The notes under the pieces were generated by a model. It worked only from the letters and a program-made list of their open reading frames with translations. It ran no database searches and was not told the DNA's origin. Position numbers and translations under genes: made by a program. Below, piece after piece: positions 37,193-50,757 of a DNA stretch of 64,000 nt. The first letter of the stretch is position 1. Each line of letters opens with the position of its first letter. Source of the stretch: Podarcis bocagei (Eukaryota). The stretch lies in the NCBI GenBank assembly GCA_964188305.1, contig OZ076885.1; one strand, written 5' to 3'.

Positions 37193-37952
37193 TGGGGAGG
37201 AGTTGTGGTGGACCGCATGGCCACCCACTCCCCACCGAGGGCGGGGGACCTTGTCCCCCGTTGCCTGGGGGATATTGGCCACGTCAACCCGCTGACCGGG
37301 GGGCGTGGCCGGGGCCACTTAAGCGGAGGAGCGAACCAGAAGACTTCCTCTTTGGCTCACTTACTCAATCACCCGCCCTCCCTCCCTTTCTTACAGGTTA
37401 GACAATGGCCTTGCTATGGACTTCGGTTGGTCGCCTTGGTTGTCCGAGGGACCTGGTAGGAATTTTTCCACTTGGCAAATTGGCACTGGCCACTTGGTTT
37501 TCGCCTACCTCGTAGCAATCATCCCAACTTTGTTAGGGTTGCGGTTAGGCATTGTTTGACCTTGTGTGGGGGAGGGGAGGTGTGGCCATCACCTGCCCCT
37601 CCATGCTTAGGGTATTCTGTTAAAGGAATCCGGAGGTGTTGTTCTAGTCTGAAGCCCAGCTGGGGGGCTAAGGCCTTGACATGACCCCGACAGGAACACC
37701 AGGGGGAGCTTGAGTTGGTCTGCATCGACAGGGCTCCCCCTACCGGTGGCTTACCCTTACTGGGGATTTCCTGCACAATGGGCAGGAGTCAGATATAGTC
37801 AGGTCCAATCAGTGCCTAAGCCTATACCGCTAACATTCTGTAATTTCAATAAAGTTGTGGCCAAAAATTAGCCCAATAACATAAACCTAATATCTGTGTC
37901 CTTGTGTGAGTTATTTCCAACGAGGGGGTGGCTGTGGGGTCTCGACACGCAA
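37193..37952 (+). mobile_element. Non-coding terminal-repeat-type retroelement remnant (probably DIRS/Ngaro-related)
   Basis: GC/CpG-rich block with promoter-like GGGGCGTGGC..TTAAG, AATAAAGTTGTGGCC and a CTCGACACGCAA end; no TG..CA termini. Confidence 0.45.
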
Positions 37953-39334
37953 TTGAGATCTTGCACGGAGGCCTAAACACCAGTGCTGCCATTAAGGCTC
38001 TTCAGAGGTGGCTCCTGTTTTGTGGATCTCCCTTCATTAGATCCATTAAATTCCTTGGCCTTTTGGAAGAGAAGTTAAAACTTTGGATTTCATCATACAC
38101 CTTAGTCTAGGTTTTATATTGTCCCCTGGTGATGTTTTTCATACATTTTTTGTTACGATTTGTTATTTTTAATTTATGCTTTAGGTTGGTGTTACCCACT
38201 TTGCGAAATAGCTTAAAAAAGAACATAAATGGAAGCTGTAAGGCAGTTACAAGATTAACAAAGAGCAAGGAATAAATAGATAAATAAACATTTGTTCATT
38301 CTGCAGTTTTTTTTGAGGCAAATTGCATCATTGTTGCTAACATTTAGAATAAAATGTTTTGTTGGCTTTAGACAACTGTTATTAAGATGTTTCAACAAGG
38401 TTCAGTCAAACTATCTTTGAAATAGGTTTTGAAAGCAGAGCCACATCTACCTACAGGCAGTCAGGATGATTTCATTAGTCCTCTTCACATGGAGGAGAAT
38501 CCCACAGTGCTTCAGGCAAGTGTCAGACCTGAAACCTGTGATCACTGTGAATAAGACATGTTTTACAGCAGGTTTCATGGATTAACTTAATATTTCGACA
38601 GAGGAAACCTCAACCTCCTTGTAGATGTGGCTTCAGAGGATGGAGGAGTGTCACTTAATAGAAATGGAAGTGGTTTAAAGGAGTAAAAGATACTATATAT
38701 CACCATAAGATTTTACTCCTGTGCTTGCTTAAAATAGATACTGGAATGTTTGGCTTTACACATTTCAGTTTAATTCCTGCATTTATAATTTTAAAAATGA
38801 ATATTAGCACTCCACCCTTCTGCTAAAATGCTCTCATTCATGCACTACTGCATTCTACTTATTATTCTTAGCTTGACAGCATGCGATACCCAGATAAACA
38901 CTTGACATCTCAGGTCTTGCAAATATGTTGGAATATTGTGATAGTAATTTAAGCAGATTGACTTTACTTGGATTTGTGACATCAAAGTCTGGATGTATTT
39001 CCTGCCACCTTGACTCTTGGCTCCCACTAGGCTATTCTGTTCCGCATTCTGAAAATGTGGGTTGCTTAGCTTATATTTTATTCTTTTATTATATAGAGGT
39101 GCATTAGCTTGTGTGGAAAAATATCCAGGGGCGCTTTCAAATGTCCGGAGCAGGGAACAGGTTCTTCACAAAATTTGGATATTGTACGGACATTCTGCAG
39201 ACTCTTGGTTTGCAATGCATGGGTGTTATGCAATGCATGTATACTAAAATAATGTCAAATGTGTCCGAAAAATTCAGCAAAATATCCCACCCCACAGCAA
39301 GTAGCTGTTCTGAGAATATGTGTTTGGCTGGATA

Positions 39335-39718
39335 CAGAATCATAGAGTCATATAGAATTGTTGAGTTGGAAGGGACCCCAAGGGTCATCTAGTCCAACCC
39401 CCTGCAGTGCAGGATTCTCAACTAAAGCGTTCATCACAGATGGCCAACCTCTGCTTCAAAACCCCCCACGAAGGAGAATCCACCACCTCCCAAGGGAGTC
39501 TGTTCCACTGTCAAACAGCTCTTACTGTCAGAAAGTTCTTCCTGATGTTTAATTGGAATCTCCTTTCTTGTAACTTGAATCCGTTGGTTTCGGTCCTGGC
39601 CTCCGGTGCAGGATGAAACAAGCTTGCTCCATCTTCCATGTGATAGCCCTTTAGATATTTGAAGATTGCTAGTTCATCTCCTCTCAGTCTCCTCTTTTCC
39701 AGGCTAAACATATCCAAT
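39335..39718 (-). mobile_element. CR1 LINE 3' fragment
   Basis: FSLEKRRLRGD..IFKYLKG...NIRKNFLTVRAV and an (ATTCTATG)-type tail. Confidence 0.92.
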
Positions 39719-40369
39719 TCAGTAATCACAAAAGGAAGGAAGGAAGAACGATAGAGTTTGGGGGGTGGGGACACTGAAATGACAGTTACAGGACTGCATC
39801 TGCCTGGGGATATGGTATTATAGTTCCACAGGTTATAGTAAAGTGATGTAAAATGTATGAAATACTGAGAGAAAGAATAGAATTATCTCATAGTATTACT
39901 CAGGATAAACTATGAGGTTCTGACTCCATTTTTCAATAAGATTTCCAATATCTATATAGAAATATAATGTGAACTGCCCTGAAACCTCTGAGTATAGGGC
40001 GATATATAAATTCTAATAATTCTAGTAATAATAAGTATAGGTTAGTGCATGTATAAGTTAATTGTGATGTTTAAAAATAAGAAAGCGTAGTGGCATACTT
40101 CTGTGTTTGGTCACGTCCTATGATACCAATATTTTCCCCTTTAACTTTTGCTACCTTTCTATATATTTTTACTAAATCAGTGAAAGTTCTAATCTGCTGA
40201 AAAAGCTTTTCATATAGTTGTAGCATTGCAATAGTTATGAACACAGTGAACAACAATATAGGGAATATACTGTTTCATAGGCCAAGACAAAATAACAAAT
40301 TTTAGACAAACAGTTGCAACTCAGAACAGTTAATCATGGAACCAACAATAGAGGAGATGAAACTTGATT

Positions 40370-41200
40370 TAATCATTAATAATGTTTAGGTTTTGTGTCA
40401 GGTACAAGCGATGTTGAACAATGTGGAGCATTGACCACAGTGCTATCCAGTTCAGTGTATGAATGCAAAATTGTCCCAAAAGTTCAAATAGAAGTAGATT
40501 TAATCGCCAAAGAGAATGTTTCTTTTGAAATGAATGGTTTAGCAGTATTTCACAATTCTGTTCACACCTACCGTATGTTATAGTCATTGATCCATTGCCC
40601 ACTGTGGAGAGTGAGAAGAGGTGTCTAATAACAGAAACCTCCTTCTGTCCCTGTTTTACAATCAGTCTAGCTGGTCTATGACCAGTGAACAGCCAATAAC
40701 CATTCCAATTTCTTAAGCTTTTGTGCCCAGAAGATTTGTGCCCAATGGCCTGAAGGCACACTCTTCCATTGTCTAGCAAGACACATGGATGTCAACATGC
40801 ATGAACTGTTTTTATTGAATTCTCTCAAATATACAGAGAAAATGGCTTTAGTGTGCCAGATTTTATTGCCAACAGTTTCATCCAAGGCCTCACCCAAATC
40901 TGCTTTCTCCACAATTCATAAACTAGAAAATGAGGGGAACCATGAGGCTAGTCACGTTGAATATAAATGAGACACTTGCCCTTTTGTATAATTATTTGAA
41001 TGAAAAAACAACAATCCATCTTCCATGTAAGTTAAAGTCTGAGTTGCCTGTGCACTCACTGCTGGTTTGGATACCAAGTGTAACCACTGGAGAAACCTCA
41101 ACCAATTCCAAGCTGGGTGGAAAGAGCTGAGCATGAGGCTAACCTGAAGTTGAGGGAGATCCATCATCATAGAAGTCATATGTCCCAGGAGCCTGTATGT
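40370..41200 (-). mobile_element. Highly decayed L1 ORF2 fragments
   Basis: LWRLNLLL and EKADLGEALDETVGNKIW...LARQWK motifs. Confidence 0.4.
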
Positions 41201-41250
41201 TTGTTCATTTGTGCTAATGCAATGGTTTGGCTTATTGCATTGGCTTAGGC

Positions 41251-42033
41251 CAGGCATGTCCAACTTTGAGTAGGGTGTGATCTACAATCCAATATCAAAA
41301 ACTGGCAGTGATCTACCACCCTCCAAAGTCATTTAAGTTAAATGAATGAATGAATGGATCTTTATTTCACAGATACCGTAGTTATGTTTGGATGACAGAT
41401 CCAAATACTTGTTAGATGGACAAGTAACTAAACAAGTGAGAAAAGTCAAACTATATTTTTATATTAGTTTACACAGATCTGAGGAGCCAGTCAGAGTGCG
41501 CCGGGCTTTTCCGTCTTTCCCCTACTGTTGCTTTAAATTGTAGCTGACTTTGTGTCAGCATCCCCAAGCCCTTACTCCACCTCTCTTTCCCCTACTGTTG
41601 CGTTAAAGCAGACTTCCTCAAACTCGGCCCTCCAGATGTTTTCGACCTACAACTCCCATGATCCCTAGCTAGCAGGACGAGTGGTCAGGGATGATGGGAA
41701 TTGTAGTCTCAAAACATCTGGAGGGCCGAGGCTGAGGAAGCCTGAGTTAAAGTCTTTCCCTCATTCAAACTCATGAAGCGCTAAGGGGGCTTTCCCCCAT
41801 GTGTTTTGTTCTTTGCCTTCCTGGCTGTTGGGGAGTGGGCCTCCTTTCTCATTCCTTTAGTTGCATTTGAACTAGTAGGCGTTTCCTGCCTCCCCCCTCC
41901 CCCATGTCCCCCTCACCCCACCACCAGAGCTCTACCCCCCCCCCCGAAGGCAAGCTGGCTTCAGAAGGAGGGAGGAGGAGCAGCCTGCAATCGACCCATA
42001 TCAGTCCCAGGATCTATGTCTTGGACATGCCGG
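41251..42033. mobile_element. hAT non-autonomous element (host of a nested MITE)
   Basis: CAGGCATGTCCAA...TTGGACATGCCGG termini; perfect 8-bp TSD GCTTAGGC. Confidence 0.9.
41609..41744. mobile_element. Palindromic hAT MITE nested in 41251-42033
   Basis: GGCCCTCCAGATGTTTT...AAAACATCTGGAGGGCC arms; TSD CGTTAAAG/AGTTAAAG. Confidence 0.9.
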
Positions 42034-42641
42034 GCTTAGGCCAGTGAGTTAAGCCTCGGTCACCAGAATGCATAGAAGAACTGTCAGTAGATCCCAGACA
42101 GAAAGCAGTGTGTGGAGAGCCTTTCTCAGTCCACTTCTGTAATTAATATACAAAAATTCAATTCTGCCATAATATACACACACGCCATACAGAAGAGCCT
42201 GCTAGATCAGGCAAAAGATCCAACTAGTTCATTATCATGTTGTCACAGTGCCATGTGCGAGACCAGCAAGCAAGTTATAAATACAAATAAGGTAGTTTTA
42301 AGTCTTATGCATCCTTTAAATTATTTTAAGTCTTTTGCATTTTTAAGGACTTGAAAGGATCAGAAAAAGTTAAAGGACACTAATCAACCCTCTATCTCCC
42401 CACCCTGCATACTTTATGAGGCCTTTTTTAGGGTGGGTGAAAATTTTGTGTATGGCTCAGATAAATTTGTGGTCTGGTACTAACTATGCACCATGTTCTT
42501 TTCAACCTTTTTAAAACATTAATTCACCCAAAGTCAGTGGTCTCCCAGAGTGGCATCCCATAAGGGGGAGGGCTAAACAGAAATAGTGTTCCTACAGCTG
42601 CAGTAGCAGAAACACCAGATGTAATGCAAGTTTTGCTCTAA

Positions 42642-42642
<1 letters not shown>

Positions 42643-42695
<53 letters not shown>

Positions 42696-42960
42696 CCACC
42701 CATCTGTGGATAGATGTGTGGGTACATCTGTATGGGTACATCTGTGGGTACACTCTGGGCGGCTCCCAACAGAATATTAATAACGCGATAAAACATCAAA
42801 CATTGAAAACTTCCCTAAACAGGGCTTCCTTCAGATGTCTTCTAAAAGTCAGATACAGGTAGTTGTTTATTTCCTTGACATCTGATGGGAGGGTGTTCCA
42901 AGGGTGGGCACAACTACCGAGAAGGCCCTCTGCCTGGTTCCCTGGAACCTCACTTCTTGC
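42643..42960 (-). mobile_element. L2 LINE 3' end with (TAA)n tail
   Basis: (TTA)n at 42643-42693 next to CTCTGGGCGGCT and GAGAAGGCCCTCTGCCTGG L2 motifs. Confidence 0.8.
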
Positions 42961-43036
42961 ATGGAAGAGAGTATTTTAAAATAGTACAGTACATCTAGAA
43001 GCAGCCATTTTTCCATAGGGGAGCAGGGCTACATTT

Positions 43037-43620
43037 CATAGAATCGTAGAATTGAAGAGTTGGAACGGATCCTGAGGGCCATCTAGACTAAAACCCTGCA
43101 AAACAGGAAGCTCAACTAAAGAACCCATGACAGAGTGGCCATTAAACTTCTACTTAAAAACCTCCAAGGAAGGAGAGTTCACTACCTCCCAAGGGAGACC
43201 GTTCCACGATGAACAGCTCTTACTGTCAGAATGCTCTTCCTGGTGTTTAGTCGTCATCTCCTTTCTTGAAACTGGAATCCATTGATTTGAGTCCTACCCT
43301 CCAGAGCAGGAGAAAACAAGCTTGTTCTCTGCTCCATATGAAACCCTTTTAGATATTTAAAGAAGACTACCATATCTCCTCTCAGTCTCCTCTTTTCTAG
43401 GCTAAATATACCAAACTCCCTGGACACAGAATTCCAGGCGTGGTCTGACTAAGGCAAAATAGAGTGGTGTGATTACTTCCCTTGATCTGGACACTATCCT
43501 TCTGTTGATGCAGCCTAGAATAGTATTAGCTTTTTTTGCTGCTGCATCACACTGTTGACTAATCCCTGGATCCTTTTCACGTGTACCACTGGCAAGCCAG
43601 GTATTCCCCATCTTGTATTT
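43037..43620 (-). mobile_element. CR1 LINE 3' fragment with internal deletions
   Basis: SQQCDAAAKKANTILGCI...LYFALVRPRLEFCVQ and CR1 3' UTR. Confidence 0.92.
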
Positions 43621-46495
43621 ATACCATCTTGTGTGTGTTTTATGTTATATAAGCAGGTTCTTTGGGTGAAGAGGGGTTAAATGAATGAATACCGAAGAGG
43701 AGAATCAGAGTGTTGATGCTTGTACCAACTAACTAGCATTATACTACCATTTAAAGAGGATTATAGATCACTAAATCTTAGGGAGTTAGTGAAAACCTAT
43801 GAAGAGTTGTGTGCAGATTTAATTAAGTTAATCCATGTGGAACAAATCAATGTTTCCACTTTACAGTCATCCATACAAGAAAAGGATGTTTTAGCTCTTA
43901 AAATCTGTCTAAGATGCCCATGCTTTCTTTTTGAGCCCTAGTTAATGAATATATTGAACTAAGAGTACACAGTGCTTTCCTGCATAGTGCCCAAAAATGG
44001 ATGATTGCGGAATCAAAATCCTTCTTGCGTTTGTTTCTAAGATAGCTGGAGACAACACAGAATGGTGAGATGCCTCCAGTTTTACATGTGGCTAAAGCCT
44101 TTGATATTGGGCATAGTCTCTGAAGATGTGCATTTTTACAGCTTTTTTTGCTGGCTGAACATTTAAAATAAGAACTCTGCTAGCTGTTCAGGTGAATATA
44201 ACTATTCACTATTAGTTTCTTCCTCTTTCTTTTATTACTAGTACATTCCCAAGCACACACAGCGTCAATATTAGCATTTGGGAATTGGGGGAAATTTCTC
44301 TTATTTTTACATATCAGCCTTTTATCTTGGCACAAACTAGAATATCTCTGGATGCTTTTTGAAGTGCAAAAATAATTTAGCTAAATGTTTTTTTTCTGAA
44401 TAATTTCACAGGTTTTTTCAAGTAACTGGAGTATCAAGAGTACTGTGGTAATTATTTGATTGCTGATTATTATAGTGTTGTCTTCACTATAGTTATTTAA
44501 ATTGTTAATGGAAAGCTACTAGTATAATTAAATATTTCTGAGCACTTGACTACAGTTGCATTGAACTGTGAAGAAATAATGTTATATAGCCAATCAAAAA
44601 GAGATACATGTAAACTCATTTAGCGCGCCAGTGTGTGTTAGGACTATCATGGTGATGCTTATTGCAGGAGAAATTAAAGATACATTTTTATGCTAAGAGG
44701 CAATACAGAAATTAGTTCCTGAATTAGTTGTTAATTGATTTGGTAATTCCCTCGGGTATGCATGCTCTTTTCCCTTTTTTGTTGTTGCATTCAGTTAACA
44801 GTGACTATTCCCAGAGCTCTTGAAATATTTTTCCAATTAGATCAAATGTGCCCTTATATCAGAGTGGCTACCGCCAGGGATAACTGCATACAATGTTCAA
44901 TCTGTGTATGAAGGCTGTCCGTAATTCCACTGTTTGTTGATACGAACAATATGTTAAACCATTATTTCATAAGCTGTGGTGGTGCACGCAAAAGTAGTGG
45001 TCTGAATCATAAGGGCAGTTAAACGTGTTTTTAAAAGTTTGAAACTTTGAAGATTAGTTCTTTTTCTTCTTCATGTGCTTGTCACCAAGTGCCTGTGGCT
45101 CCAGTCACTCTGATATGAGTCTGATATAAGGTCGCCTTTAAGGTCAGATTTGATCTAATTTGAAAAAATTGTTGTTGATATAATGAAATTTATAGGGAGA
45201 CAATGCAGCTTCTCTGGTGCAGATGAGAATGAGGGATTTTTTCCTTTCCAGTTCTTCTAAATTACCTATATTTAAGGTTGTACACTCAGCCATGTGAAAG
45301 TAGTCGTCCAAATTATTGTCCTATATGTTCTCCTTCCACTGATTATTCAACAAGAATACACAGCCCAAATATTGAATGATCTGGATCTTACCATTGCACA
45401 ACAGTATTAAAGTAATTCTCTGCAATATTGTTAGATGTCGTCTTTCAAATACACAAGATTAAAAGAACATTTTTGATGTGGAAAAAAATGTTGCTGGTTT
45501 GCCATGTGTGAGAGACTTTTAGAAATGGTTTTGGTTTTATGTATTTATTTACAATATATGTATAATGCCCAATGACCTATAGGATTCAATTTATTTAATG
45601 TATATTGTTGCAACATGCAGATTCCAAAAGAAGCGTTGTAGGGAACGCTTAGGATTCTTTAGCGTCTTCTTTTTTGCATCAGTGTTACACATTTATTGCA
45701 TGTTAGCTCTGTGGCAATTAATACAGTGTACTTGTCAAATGCACTTGGGAATTCCTCACAAATTCCTTTGCTTCAGGCATTAAAAAGAAACAGTGTGTAC
45801 AATCTGAAAATGTTGATGCCAGGGTTCTTTCATCACGTAGTGTATGGAGGGAATTAGCAGGGAGATGAAGTGATTTACAAAATGAGATTAAGTAGAATAG
45901 TGATGACAGTTAGCAAGTCAGATTGCTTCGTAGACTTTTGTTGACACAAGGATTATTAATATGTTGTAGAGATGTTAAGGGAATTCTGCCATATTTGTAT
46001 GGTTGCCAACTAAACGTTGACACTTGCATTGTGGCTAATAAATTCATTTAGATTTATAAGCATTGTTTACAGAACCTATACGCCTGCTGAAACTCTAACA
46101 GCATCTGTTCCTTCTTACTAATTAACAGCTAATTACGAATGAGCTTTGTGTGTTTGTCAGTGTAACCGGCTCATGCATTTTGTAGGGAACATTAACAAAT
46201 TGATTTACATAGTAGGAAAGCAATCAAAAGAGTAAACTGAACAGCAAGTATTTAAAGGCCCTTAGCTTCTTCTTGAACAATGTAAACTTGTGCCAGTCTA
46301 AATATTTCCATGCAATTTAAGTAACTGCACAAATGTGCACCAGTTACTTGTTGAAATAATGATTTTCAAAGCAAAATTGTGAGAAAAGGAGCTTGTATGG
46401 TGCATATAAGCAGGGCGTTTTTCATCTGGGACTGGCCGAGCTCAGTTCCAGCCCCTCTCAGGTAGGCACCATTTCCCTTTTTATGGAGTTGGAAT

Positions 46496-46612
46496 TAGAG
46501 ATGGGAAGACCCAGAAAAACAGAAAAGTCAAGGCGGGGGGAGGGGATACTCTTCCCCCTAAAGTGAGGGAGAACTGGTTTTCCCAGTTTTTCTCTGGGCC
46601 TTTACGTCTCTA
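46496..46612. mobile_element. Short hAT-like MITE
   Basis: TAGAGATG..GACCCAGA / TCTGGGCC..CGTCTCTA inverted ends; degenerate TSD ..TGGAAT. Confidence 0.6.
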
Positions 46613-47408
46613 TATGGAATTCTTTGTCAGAGTCTTCCCATGCACCATGGAGAACAGTTGGAGGTTTTGATGCAGTTTTCAAAACAGGACCCCCTTTTTT
46701 CTTGGTAATGAAATAAGGTACCACAAGAGAGATCTTATGGTATCTGAAAAACATTTATAATGGCATAAACATTTGTGGACAACAAAAACCTGAGCACATA
46801 TCATTTCTCAACTCTGCAAACTTTTTCTTTTTTACCAACCTTCATAAACAAAAGGAAAATGCTCTGACTTAAGTGCACACATAAGTGCCCCGCACAGACT
46901 CTGTCTAACCTTCCTCACTTGGCTGTTGTGAAGCTACAGAAGGGAGTATAAAATAGCTGCAAGAGGGAACTTATCATCAAATTTTGGCTCCTTTAACCGG
47001 CCTGGTGCATCTTTGTCCTATACAGGCAGAATTCTTTTCGTGACAGTACTCACAGGCAGTCATTTTGTCTTGGCACCCACTACATTTTTATGAATATATG
47101 AGTACTTGCACCTTGTTTGCACTGTATCATGTTTATCTGCAGACACCCCCTTCATACACATTAGTGCAGCTTCAACCAGTCTGCTGTGGTTATTTCATGT
47201 TTTAGATCCCATTTTTTTAAAAAAAAAAACCAGTTTCCAATGTTTTGCACTGAAAATAAGCATGCCTAATCAAAGGCCTCTCAGTCAAAAGAAATTTAAA
47301 ACCCACATTCTGACTTCAGTGTAGCACTCATTGGGATATGCATCCAGGGAGCAGGGTCCACTTATGCAATGATTCTTTCCTCCTCTCCTTCCCCATGTGG
47401 AGGGAAAC

Positions 47409-47597
47409 CAGTGGTTCCCAATTAGCTAAGTACTGCAGACCTCCTGTTTTTCAAAAGCCATTCGTGGACCTCTTACTTTTGAGCATTTTTATATTTCTAT
47501 GGTAATTCTTGTTAAGTGAATGGTGTCACAGACCCCCGAGGGGGGTTACATTGACCCTCCCCCCCGGGGTCTACACCCCACATATTGGAAACCACTG
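47409..47597. mobile_element. Old hAT MITE
   Basis: CAGTGGTTCCCAA...TTGGAAACCACTG TIRs; TSD degenerate. Confidence 0.6.
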
Positions 47598-48115
47598 CTC
47601 TAAACCTATTCTGGGTTTTTCCCCAACCTCCAGAGTCAATTTAGAGAATAAAGGGAAAGGGGAAGAAAGTCCCATTGCATGATTAGACTACATTCTGCAC
47701 ACACAACAATTTCGTTGAATCCTGCTCATAGCAATGAGTTTCATTGAGCATTCTGACACAGGCATTTCCCCCCTTTCTTTTGCACACGCACACACATGCA
47801 CACATACACTTGCCGACAAATTCTGCTTTCCAAAGTAAACAAGAGAATGAAGACAGGTCATGTGGCCTGACAGGTGGGCAGTGAGCACATCTGATCCTCA
47901 TTGCTCCAGCAGCCCCACCTTCAACAACGAAAAGCTGCATAACTGCTTGTGTCAAACCCAGACCCAGAAATTAAAAGATCCACATGGTCTTTTAAAGTTT
48001 CAATTCATATCTGAGCATAACAGGCATAAAGTGTAAAGATGTAGCATTTTCACTAAAGAGTTAGTGGGTTAAATGTACAACATCTCTAATGTATTTTGGG
48101 GTATATTCTAGCAAA

Positions 48116-48146
<31 letters not shown>

Positions 48147-48172
48147 ATGGGGTATATTCAAGCAAATAATAG

Positions 48173-48525
48173 GTAAAGGTACCCCTGCCCGTACAGGCCA
48201 GTCTTGCCAGACTCTAGGGTTGTGCGCTCATCTCATTCTAGAGGCCAGGAGCCAGCGCTGTCCGCAGACACTTCTGGGTCACGTGGCCAGCGTGACGAAG
48301 CTGCATCTGGCGAACCAGCGCAGCACACAGAACGCCGTTTACCTTCCCGCTGGTAAGCGGTCCCTATTTATCTACTTGCACCCGAAGGTGCTTTCGAACT
48401 GCTAGGTTGGCAGGCGCTGGGCCCGAGCGACAGGAGCGCACCCCGCTGCGGGGATTCGAACCGCCGACCATGCGATCGGCAAGTCCTAGGCGCTGAGGTT
48501 TTACCCATAGCACCACCTGTGTCCC
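48173..48525 (-). mobile_element. Sauria SINE, full length
   Basis: Minus strand GGGACAC.GGTGG start, GGTTCGAATCCC B-box, ACCTTT tail; 13-bp TSD AAGCAAATAATAG (48160-48172 / 48528-48540). Confidence 0.93.
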
Positions 48526-49236
48526 TGAAGCAAATAATAGTAACGCTTTAATTGAAAATGGCTCAAATGATTAGCTAAAACATGCTTTATTCACTAAAAA
48601 CTATATATTAGACCACAATCCTATATTATACAATCCTATATTAGTCCACAATCCTATGCACAGTTACCTGGAAGGAAGTTCTTTTGAACACAATGACCAA
48701 CCAGATGCCTGTTGGAAACCCGCAAGCAGGACACAATCCCAGTAGTAACTACTAATAGCCTTATGATGAACAAGAGGTAAAGGACTGAGAAAATAGATAG
48801 CTGAATACTAGAAAGATTAGTACAGGGTTCATTTGCCATTTAACTTGACTGTAATGATCCAAGAAAAGAGAGCAAGTAGATTAACAGAAATGGATGAAAT
48901 CACATTCTATTCCACTTGGAAGAACTGTAAATGTCAATTGGGAGAGAAATTAAGTAAGAAGACCAAAAGCATCGACAAGAATGAAATGAGGCTAAAATTT
49001 AAAAGCACCATAGAATGAGACAAATACATACTGCATTGACTCAGTGGCACTTTGACATTCTTTTAGTGCCCGACTTTGGCATTTTTTTAGTTTCTCTCAC
49101 AATGTGCAAATAATATACTTAGGACAGTTCCCAGTCTTCTGATGTTTATACTGTTTTCTAATACATGTGGCTGATAAATTGGTCTAAACCAATTCAGTAG
49201 TTTATCACAAATGGTTTCAAACAATTCATTATAGTA

Positions 49237-49880
49237 CAGTGGTACCTTGGTTCTCAAACTTAATCCGTTCCGGAAGTCAGTTCCAAAACAAAAGCGTTCC
49301 AAAACCAAGGTGCACTTTCCCATAGAATGTAATGCAAAGCGGATTAATCCGTTCCAGACTTTTAAAAACAACTCCTAAAACAAAAATTTAACATGAATTT
49401 TACAATCTAACAAGGCCATTGATCCATAAAATGAAAGCAATAATCAATGTACTGCACTATAAAATAAATGAGACAATATTAAATTTTTTTTCTTACCTGC
49501 ACTGATGATAATCATTATTTGGATGCGGGACTTTAATCCGTTTCCGTAGTCACACAATCAATCAGTCAATCAATCAATCAATCAGTAGCTGAACTGGGTT
49601 TCAGAGTCCCAAAAACAAATTAACTGAAAAAGCCTTTAAAAACCCCACACAAAATAAATAGCAAAAACGAAAGCACCAAACAATCTGTTCCGAAAGTAGT
49701 CCGTTTGACTTCCGAAATGTTAAAAAACTAAGGCGCAGCTTCTGATTGGTGCAAGCGCCACGGAAACAATAGCCGACAACTGCATTGGACATTGGGCTTC
49801 CAGAAAACGTTCAAAACCCGGAACACGTCTGGGTTTTTGGTGTTTGGGAAGCAAGGCATTTGAGGACCGAGGTACCACTG
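49237..49880. mobile_element. Tigger/pogo-type non-autonomous element
   Basis: TA|CAGTGGTACCTTGG ... CCGAGGTACCACTG|TA. Confidence 0.9.
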
Positions 49881-50757
49881 TATCTTTAACTGAGGGGTAT
49901 GTAACAGACATGGGCACTTACACAGATTCATGACTGGCTGAAGAAACAAGAAAAAGAGCTGTGATGGACAAAGTTGTTGATTCTCCCCCCTGCCCCCTCC
50001 TATGAGGTGAGGCAGGTGGCTAATAGAAAGAGGGCCTTCTGGGTGGTGGCACCCGGCTTCCCCAGCAAGGTTGACTGGTGTTATCTTTATGGTCTTTTGG
50101 CACTGGGTGGATTTCCCTCAAACCCAAACCCCAGGCCTTTTAATAAAGTTGTGCTTTTAAAACTAGGGTTTCTCAACTAATGATTTCTGTTTTATTGTAA
50201 TCCATGTTATGAAGTATGCTGCTTTTATTGTGTTGTGTTTTTTCTTTCATTTTTTTGTGAGCCATCCAGTAAATGGGTCATTGGAGCAGCATACTGGAAG
50301 GAAGTCACAGACTCTTGCTCTTCTATCAGGCTGGCAAAAAGTTGTCCTTCCAGAATCTCCACCTGTTTTAAAAGTCTTCCCTGTTGATGATTTTGCATAA
50401 TACATTTTAGGAAGGAAACCTGGGAGTGGGGGGCAGGGAGAGGCATAAATGGTATTGTTTTGTACACCGATTGGAGAGTTTTAGTAGTTTAAAGAATCCA
50501 GTAACTGTACTCTTAGTTGCTACATTAAAACACAGACTTCTAATACACATAAGGTGGTTTTCTTAGATTCTCCCTAAATTTGCTTTTTCACGACATCTCT
50601 TATCACTATAATTACCAGATTACATGGGAGGAATGTAGAGGTGACACATTCTGCAACAAGAATGCAAAAAGGAGGAACCTGTTCCCTAAAGTGCCAGCTA
50701 AGAGGATTTATTACAGTTCAGCGTGTTTCAAAAGCACAAATCTCTTGTTTAGGAACA

